The notes under the pieces were generated by a model. The model saw nothing but the letters and a program-made list of their open reading frames with translations, was not told the origin of the DNA and ran no database searches. The position numbers and the translations under genes were made by a program. Positions 58,773 to 64,000 of a stretch of DNA of 64,000 nt are shown one piece after another. How positions within the stretch are numbered: the first letter of the stretch is position 1; every line of letters begins with the position of its first letter. The stretch comes from an uncultured Spirochaetota bacterium (GTDB taxonomy: Bacteria; Spirochaetota; Brevinematia; Brevinematales; JAOACQ01), in NCBI GenBank assembly GCA_963783575.1, contig CAWAOD010000005.1:512001-576000 (forward strand). Direction: 5' to 3'.

Positions 58773-59705
58773 CTAATGCTTTATCACATTTGAAATTTCT
58801 TCCAGAACCTCATAATACCCCTGAACCTGTGTTTTCAATGGTAGCCTTCTATCAGTATCTTCAACCATCACACTTGAATTTTTTAAGAAAGATTCCGCCA
58901 GTTTACTGAGAAAAGGGTCTCCTATATACATAATGATTTTATTTACTTTGAAAGTTCCTGTTTTAATGGTCAGGATATCTTTTTTTTCAATTTTGAATGT
59001 TACCGGCAGGGGCTCTTTTGTAAAATTCGGAACAACAAAGTACATAATACCCGGGCTGTGCGGGTCAATCAGGCGGTCGGAAATAAAATCCTGAGAAAAA
59101 GCATCCATCAGTGGAAAGCTGGGTTTTATATTTATTGTATAGCTTGTTGTAATTATTGATTGGTCCTTTAATGATTTCGAGGTGTATTTTATATAGCCTT
59201 TATCCTTGATTAAATTTCCTTTATCCTTGATTAAATTTCCTTTATCCCTTGATAAATTTCCTTTATCACGGTATAACTGATAATGAAAATAAAATAGACC
59301 GCTAAAGCCGAATGACGAAAAAGAAGGATCATCCATAGCATTTGTGTTCAAATTTCCTTCCGCTTCTATCGTTTGAGCCCTTACAGGATCAACCAGTGCG
59401 GATATCGGCCAGTTAGAATAATTTTCTGGCAAATTTTTTGCTCCTGAAACAGGAATAATATCCATATAAAGCCTGTAATAATTATCTCCCGAACCATTTG
59501 TCACTATTCTTGTTACATAATAATAGTCCATAACCTTTTCCCCGCCGTTATAATATCCGTACCTGAGATATTCTCCATCCTTAATGTCAGTAAAGTGATA
59601 GGTTTTCATTGGAATTATCTGTTTGCTTCCCATTGAAAAAGCGTCAAGTTCAATAAATACTAATAAGAACAATATGCTGATAATAAACCGCAATCCTTTC
59701 TTCAT
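58773..59705 (-). CDS. Hypothetical secreted protein, DUF3108-like paralog 1
   Basis: Signal peptide; IKDGEYLRYG..GEK, PENYSNWP, LTIKTGTFKVNK, GDPFLSKL, EDTDRRL. Confidence 0.65.
   Translation of the reverse strand: MKKGLRFIISILFLLVFIELDAFSMGSKQIIPMKTYHFTDIKDGEYLRYGYYNGGEKVMDYYYVTRIVTNGSGDNYYRLYMDIIPVSGAKNLPENYSNWPISALVDPVRAQTIEAEGNLNTNAMDDPSFSSFGFSGLFYFHYQLYRDKGNLSRDKGNLIKDKGNLIKDKGYIKYTSKSLKDQSIITTSYTINIKPSFPLMDAFSQDFISDRLIDPHSPGIMYFVVPNFTKEPLPVTFKIEKKDILTIKTGTFKVNKIIMYIGDPFLSKLAESFLKNSSVMVEDTDRRLPLKTQVQGYYEVLEEISNVIKH
59197..59267 (-). repeat. In-frame 21-bp tandem repeat, about 3.4 copies
   Basis: CCTTTATCCTTGATTAAATTT x2, CCTTTATCCCTTGATAAATTT, CCTTTATC; encodes (R/K)DKGNL(S/I). Confidence 0.9.
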
Positions 59706-59764
59706 AGTATTACCTCCATTCTATAATAAAAAAAATGAGATCCTATATATTATTAAAAAGTTAT

Positions 59765-59783
59765 AATGATAATAATAATCAAT
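59765..59783. promoter_or_regulatory. Fur-box-like site (proximal)
   Basis: AATGATAAT-A-ATAATCAAT versus the 9-1-9 consensus AATGATAAT-N-ATTATCATT. Confidence 0.5.
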
Positions 59784-59933
59784 ATCAATATTAAATAATA
59801 AAAATTTAAAAAATTGATATTCTTTTCCGTAATCATGACAAATATGGGCCGATTTATAAGTTCAAAGTTTCTCACTGCTATGTGCGATTGTGTTAATGAA
59901 AAGTAAGACTAATGATAAAAAAAACTTTTTATT

Positions 59934-59985
59934 ATTGATAATAATTATCATTATTATTATATCACATTATAAGTTTATTTGTCAA
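59934..59985 (-). promoter_or_regulatory. Promoter with a Fur-box-like site at about +1
   Basis: Minus strand TTGACA-N18-TATAAT (TG-extended), then ATTGATAAT-A-ATTATCATT at 59934-59952. Confidence 0.55.
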
Positions 59986-60019
59986 ATAAAAAAACATTTT
60001 AGTAAATGTTATACGACCA

Positions 60020-60048
60020 TTGACAAAATTTTCCTTGATAGATAGAAT
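60020..60048 (+). promoter_or_regulatory. Sigma70 promoter of the DLH-anSME operon
   Basis: TTGACA-N17-TAGAAT. Confidence 0.6.
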
Positions 60049-60125
60049 ATTGGATAAGGGGTTTGTCCTAGAATAAAAATTTGTTATTATTAAACCAAAT
60101 ATTTATTTAAAAAAGGAGGAAAGTT

Positions 60126-60938
60126 ATGGCAATAAAAGGTCAGTGGATAGAATATGAGGATCAGCGCGGCTATTTTGCAATTCCTGAAAAGGCGGCGGAA
60201 TCGCTTCCTGGTATCATTGTAATCCAGGAAATAGGGGGTGTGAATGAACATATTGAAGATGTGACAAGGCGTTTTGCCGCAGCAGGTTATGCGGCCCTCG
60301 CTCCTGATCTTTTCGTGGTCGGTGGTGCCAGACCGGCAGCCCTTACGCCGGAACGGATAAAAAAGGCTATGAATTTTATGAGACAGTTGCCTCCCGCTGC
60401 TTGGGGAAACACTTCGGTAAGAGATACAGAACTTGCAAGACTTCCGGAAATTGACCGGAAAGAGATCAATGAAACATTTGGGCTCTTATTCACCGGACCT
60501 GGGCGGTTGCTGGAATATTTACCCCACCTCAGGAAAGCAGTCCATCATCTAAGGACTGAACAGCCGGAAACAAAGAATCAGAAAGTAGCCTGCGTCGGCT
60601 TCTGCATGGGAGGTGGTCTTTCGGCCCTGCTTGCCTGTGAGGAACCGGAAATTTCAGGCGCCGCCGTCTTCTATGGGAATACTCCTCCTGTTGATAAAAT
60701 TCCATCCATAAACTGCCCGGTAATAGGCTTCTACGGTGCCAATGACCAGCGGGTTAACCCTGGGATTCCAGTTTTTGAAGAAGCAATGCTTAAAGCAGGA
60801 AAGTCTTATGAACACTACATCTATGAAGGAGCAAACCATGCCTTCTTTAATGATGACGGTTATTCATACAATGTCAGGGCTGTCCGGGATTCATTCGTAA
60901 GACTGTTGACTTTCTTTCATAAAACGCTGTCGGATTGA
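60126..60938 (+). CDS. Dienelactone hydrolase-family protein
   Basis: IVIQEIGGVNEHI, ALAPDL, nucleophile GFCMGG, YEGANHAF. Confidence 0.93.
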   Translation: MAIKGQWIEYEDQRGYFAIPEKAAESLPGIIVIQEIGGVNEHIEDVTRRFAAAGYAALAPDLFVVGGARPAALTPERIKKAMNFMRQLPPAAWGNTSVRDTELARLPEIDRKEINETFGLLFTGPGRLLEYLPHLRKAVHHLRTEQPETKNQKVACVGFCMGGGLSALLACEEPEISGAAVFYGNTPPVDKIPSINCPVIGFYGANDQRVNPGIPVFEEAMLKAGKSYEHYIYEGANHAFFNDDGYSYNVRAVRDSFVRLLTFFHKTLSD

Positions 60939-60948
60939 GTAAAGTTAG

Positions 60949-62103
60949 ATGGATCGTTACGAATGTCTGATAATGGCCAAACCGGGAGGGCCAAGATGTA
61001 ATATGAGATGTTCTTATTGTTATTACCTGGGCAAAGAGAGTCTCTTTCCAAAAGAACCTATGCTGATGACATATAATCTTCTTGAAAAGTATATAATGGA
61101 GAAGATTGAAGCCTCGCCCGGGCCCAATACCCATTTCGAGTGGCATGGTGGGGAGCCTACACTTCTTGGGTTGGGTTATTTTCGAAAAATCATTCATTTT
61201 CAGCGAAAGTATAAACCTGAAGGATGGACCTTTTCCAATGGCCTGCAGACAAACGGCCTTCTGCTTGATGAAGAATGGGCGGAGTTCCTTGCTCAAGAAA
61301 GTTTTTCAGTGGGGCTAAGTCTTGACGGGCCAGTTGAATTTCATGATAGGTTCAGAAAAACCTCTAATAAAGATCCAACGCAGGCAAAGGTTGTAAAAGC
61401 TTTCCATCTTCTGAAAAAACATAAAGTCTTCTGCAATATACTCTGTGTTCTCAATTCGGCAAATGTTACAGAACCTGATAAGTTATATGATTTCTTCAGG
61501 GAACTGGGTGTTGCTTATATCCAATTCCTGCCCCTAGTCGCACAGGAAAAAGGAGGCGGTGTCAGTGACATTACTGCAAGACCAGAAGTTATAGGGAACT
61601 TTTTGTGCCGGGTTTTTGACCGGTGGATCAGGGAAGATGTAGGCAGGATTGTAATCCAGATAATCGATGAGGCATTGCGTCCTATATATGGAGTTCCTCA
61701 TGCTTTATGTATTCACAGGGAAACCTGTGGAAATGTTGCTGTCCTTGAACATGATGGAAGTTTTTATGCATGTGATCATTTTGTCGATCCGGAGCATTTA
61801 ATCGGAAATCTAAAGGAAAGAAAACTGAGTGATTTGGTAGCCGATCAGGAAATGATCCGTTTTGGAAAAATCAAATGGAATAAACTTCCTCAATATTGCC
61901 TGGAATGCGAGGTACTTTCAATGTGCAACGGGGGCTGTCCCAAAGACCGGATATCTAAAACTACGGATGGACATGATGGGCTGAATTACCTCTGTTCTGC
62001 TTATAAAGCCTATTTTACTCATTCCAGACCTGAACTTATACGTCTGGCGGCCCACATGAAAACCGGTAAACCCCTTAGAGCTTTCAGGGCTTCAATCCAA
62101 TGA
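60949..62103 (+). CDS. Anaerobic sulfatase maturase-like radical SAM/SPASM protein
   Basis: AKPGGPRCNMRCSYCYY, WHGGEP, QTNG, SPASM Cys motifs YACDHFV, CLEC..CNGGCPKDR, NYLC. Confidence 0.9.
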   Translation: MDRYECLIMAKPGGPRCNMRCSYCYYLGKESLFPKEPMLMTYNLLEKYIMEKIEASPGPNTHFEWHGGEPTLLGLGYFRKIIHFQRKYKPEGWTFSNGLQTNGLLLDEEWAEFLAQESFSVGLSLDGPVEFHDRFRKTSNKDPTQAKVVKAFHLLKKHKVFCNILCVLNSANVTEPDKLYDFFRELGVAYIQFLPLVAQEKGGGVSDITARPEVIGNFLCRVFDRWIREDVGRIVIQIIDEALRPIYGVPHALCIHRETCGNVAVLEHDGSFYACDHFVDPEHLIGNLKERKLSDLVADQEMIRFGKIKWNKLPQYCLECEVLSMCNGGCPKDRISKTTDGHDGLNYLCSAYKAYFTHSRPELIRLAAHMKTGKPLRAFRASIQ

Positions 62104-62148
62104 AAAGCGTCACGCTTGCTTTATATTAGTATATTTAAGAGGAGTTAT

Positions 62149-63192
62149 ATGGGAAAAATAATTTTCGGTAAAACCGGATTAAAAGTCAGTAGGATAGCAT
62201 TCGGAGGAATTCCGATTATGCGCCTTTCAGTACCTCAAGCTGTCAAAGTAGTAAAGGAATCATTAGATTTAGGGGTAAATTTCATTGATACGGCGGCTGG
62301 TTATGCAGACAGCGAGGAAAAAATAGGTCTTGCAGTTAAAAACTTTCCAAGGCGAGAGCTTGTAATAGCAACAAAATCACCGGCTGGCGATAAAAAAACC
62401 TTGCTGGAGCATGTCGATAATTCTTTGAAAAGATTGAGAACTGATTATATAGATATTTACCAGCTTCACGGCGTAAGCACCGAAGAAAAATTTAATGATG
62501 TAATGGCAGAGGACGGGGCTTATGAAGGGCTAATGCTTGCAATAAAACAGGGAAAAGTTAGATTTGCCGGGTTCAGTTCTCATACAATGAGTATCGCTAA
62601 AAAATTACTATTAACCGATAAATTTTATTCTATACAGATTCCATATAATTTTATAGACAGACAGGCGGAAGATGAAGTAATACCTCTCGCGAAAAAAAAG
62701 AACCTGGGTATTATAGCAATGAAGCCTTTGGGCGGGGGACTTTTAAACAATGCGAATCTGTGTTTTAAATATCTTTTACAGTTTGAAGGCATTGTCCCTG
62801 ACCCGGGAATTGAAAAACTCGGTGAAATGAAAGAAATAGCCGGCATTGCCGATAAGATGGTTCCGTTATCCAAATCGGAAATTATGGAGATTGAAAGAAT
62901 ACGCAGTGAAGTCGGCAGCATATGGTGCCACAGGTGCGATTACTGCCAGCCATGCCCGGAGGATATTAAAATAAGTACCGTGCTTTCGGTTAAATCATTC
63001 ATTAAAAGGATGCCTTTAGAAAGGGCATTTTCAATGGTTAATAATCAGGTTTTACAGGTTGATAAATGCACGGAATGCAGGAAATGCGTCAGTAAATGCC
63101 CTTATAATATGGATATTCCGGTATTATTGAAACAAAATCAAATATTCTGGAATGAATACGTCGAAAAAAACAGGGCGCCGGATGAAAAGTAA
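62149..63192 (+). CDS. Aldo/keto reductase with C-terminal 4Fe-4S domain
   Basis: GKTGLKVS, FIDTAAGY, IATK, DYIDIYQLH, AMKPLGGG; CHRCDYCQPCP and CTECRKCVSKCP. Confidence 0.92.
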   Translation: MGKIIFGKTGLKVSRIAFGGIPIMRLSVPQAVKVVKESLDLGVNFIDTAAGYADSEEKIGLAVKNFPRRELVIATKSPAGDKKTLLEHVDNSLKRLRTDYIDIYQLHGVSTEEKFNDVMAEDGAYEGLMLAIKQGKVRFAGFSSHTMSIAKKLLLTDKFYSIQIPYNFIDRQAEDEVIPLAKKKNLGIIAMKPLGGGLLNNANLCFKYLLQFEGIVPDPGIEKLGEMKEIAGIADKMVPLSKSEIMEIERIRSEVGSIWCHRCDYCQPCPEDIKISTVLSVKSFIKRMPLERAFSMVNNQVLQVDKCTECRKCVSKCPYNMDIPVLLKQNQIFWNEYVEKNRAPDEK

Positions 63193-63234
63193 ATTATTTC
63201 ATTATATGTTAGAGACTAATGATAGGAGGATCCT

Positions 63235-63939
63235 GTGATTGGTAAAAGTGCAAAAAAAGTAACTCAAAACAAATCTGTGGCCGGTTCTACAATAAATCAA
63301 CCGCCGATAGAGCTATTGAAACCCAAATTCTATAAAGAAAAATCGGTTTTAAGGGCATTTCAGAAAAGAAAAACTATCCGTGAAATAAGCGATAAAAATA
63401 TTTCCCTGCAAATGCTTTCAAATCTTTTGTGGGCTGCAAATGGAGTGAACCGCAAAAAAGGCCCGTTTGGAATTGCCGGAAGAACCGCTGCCTCTGCAAG
63501 TAATTCCCAGGAAATCGATATTTATGTTGCCATTAATACCGGAACATATTTTTACAATGCATTTAAAAACAGGCTGGAGCCGGTAACCGATGAGGACTTG
63601 CGATCTCTGGCAATCGGCCAGGGCCAAGTGAATTTTGGAGATAAGGCCCCGGTTCGTTTCATTTATGTCGCGGATGTTTACAAACTTTCACATACTTCCG
63701 GTTATCAGGAACCCGGACTTCAGAATCCGGAGGTACAAAAATCATATTATTATGTTGATACAGGCCTGATTGCGGGTAATGTATATTTATTTACCGCATC
63801 CGTTAGTCTGGCATCCTGGTTCCATAACTGCAATAGGACAGCCCTTGAGGCAAAACTAAAATTACGTGCCGATCAACGTGTACTCTTCGGACAGACAATC
63901 GGATACCCTGCTAAACAATCTCTGACAGGTAAGTTATGA
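63235..63939 (+). CDS. Nitroreductase/SagB-ThcOx-family flavoprotein
   Basis: RKTIRE, LSNLLWAANG, RTAASASNSQEIDIY, DTGLIAGNVYLF, QTIGYP. Confidence 0.85.
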   Translation: MIGKSAKKVTQNKSVAGSTINQPPIELLKPKFYKEKSVLRAFQKRKTIREISDKNISLQMLSNLLWAANGVNRKKGPFGIAGRTAASASNSQEIDIYVAINTGTYFYNAFKNRLEPVTDEDLRSLAIGQGQVNFGDKAPVRFIYVADVYKLSHTSGYQEPGLQNPEVQKSYYYVDTGLIAGNVYLFTASVSLASWFHNCNRTALEAKLKLRADQRVLFGQTIGYPAKQSLTGKL

Positions 63940-64000
63940 AAATATCAGTTTGTTCCATTTTATTTATGATTATCACACCTTTAATGCTCTTATCGAAACC
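63936..64000 (+). CDS. Start of a probable secreted protein, truncated by window edge
   Basis: ATGA overlap with the upstream stop; MKISVCSILFMIITPLMLLSK is signal-peptide-like. Confidence 0.45.
   Translation, partial: MKISVCSILFMIITPLMLLSK

Noticed and set aside
54910..59760. Integron cassette array explaining the co-oriented genes
   Set aside because: Spacers share no attC-like palindrome and there is no integrase
59835..59951. Small ORFs MTNMGRFISSKFLTAMCDCVNEK (+, possible radical SAM substrate) and MIIIINNKKFFLSLVLLFINTIAHSSEKL (-, signal-like)
   Set aside because: No RBS for either; the plus ORF lies upstream of the operon promoter; such ORFs arise by chance in AT-rich DNA

Overview
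AT-rich bacterial chromosomal window, most likely from a spirochaete (inferred from spirochaete-type FliF/FliG/FliH). It contains: a 5'-truncated Nramp/mntH gene with a tandem-USP gene; a catalytically degenerate GH13-like gene; a GAF protein; a DUF559 relic with nested palindromes; a TPR/Mrr-like gene; the flagellar cluster flgBC-fliEFGHI (no fliJ); a secreted PEGA-domain protein plus a GH57-like protein; an XRE-cupin regulator with a frameshifted acyl-CoA synthetase; murG; a probable beta-1,3-glucan locus (CBM4-GH16-CBM4, ABC transporter, laminaribiose-phosphorylase-like GH94, AllA-like cupin, GntR/LacI regulator, GH36); osmC; dipZ; a patatin + YhhN pair; an orphan sugar ABC ATPase followed by a GC-rich 82-bp-period structured repeat; a xylose locus (PocR-AraC, chvE-mmsA-mmsB, ROK xylR, xylA) with XylR-type operators; an intact IS630 element; three DUF3108-like paralogs interleaved with a second Nramp and an ICMT-like gene downstream of two Fur-box-like sites; and a dienelactone hydrolase-anSME radical SAM-AKR-nitroreductase operon. 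No rRNA, tRNA or CRISPR array was seen. Four single-base frameshifts at short homopolymers may be assembly errors. The best candidates for new biology are the 82-bp structured repeat, the fliE-fliF structured element, the putatively Fur-controlled paralog/Nramp cluster, and two apparently non-catalytic alpha-glucan enzyme homologs. All calls are by-eye motif recognition; no searches were run.
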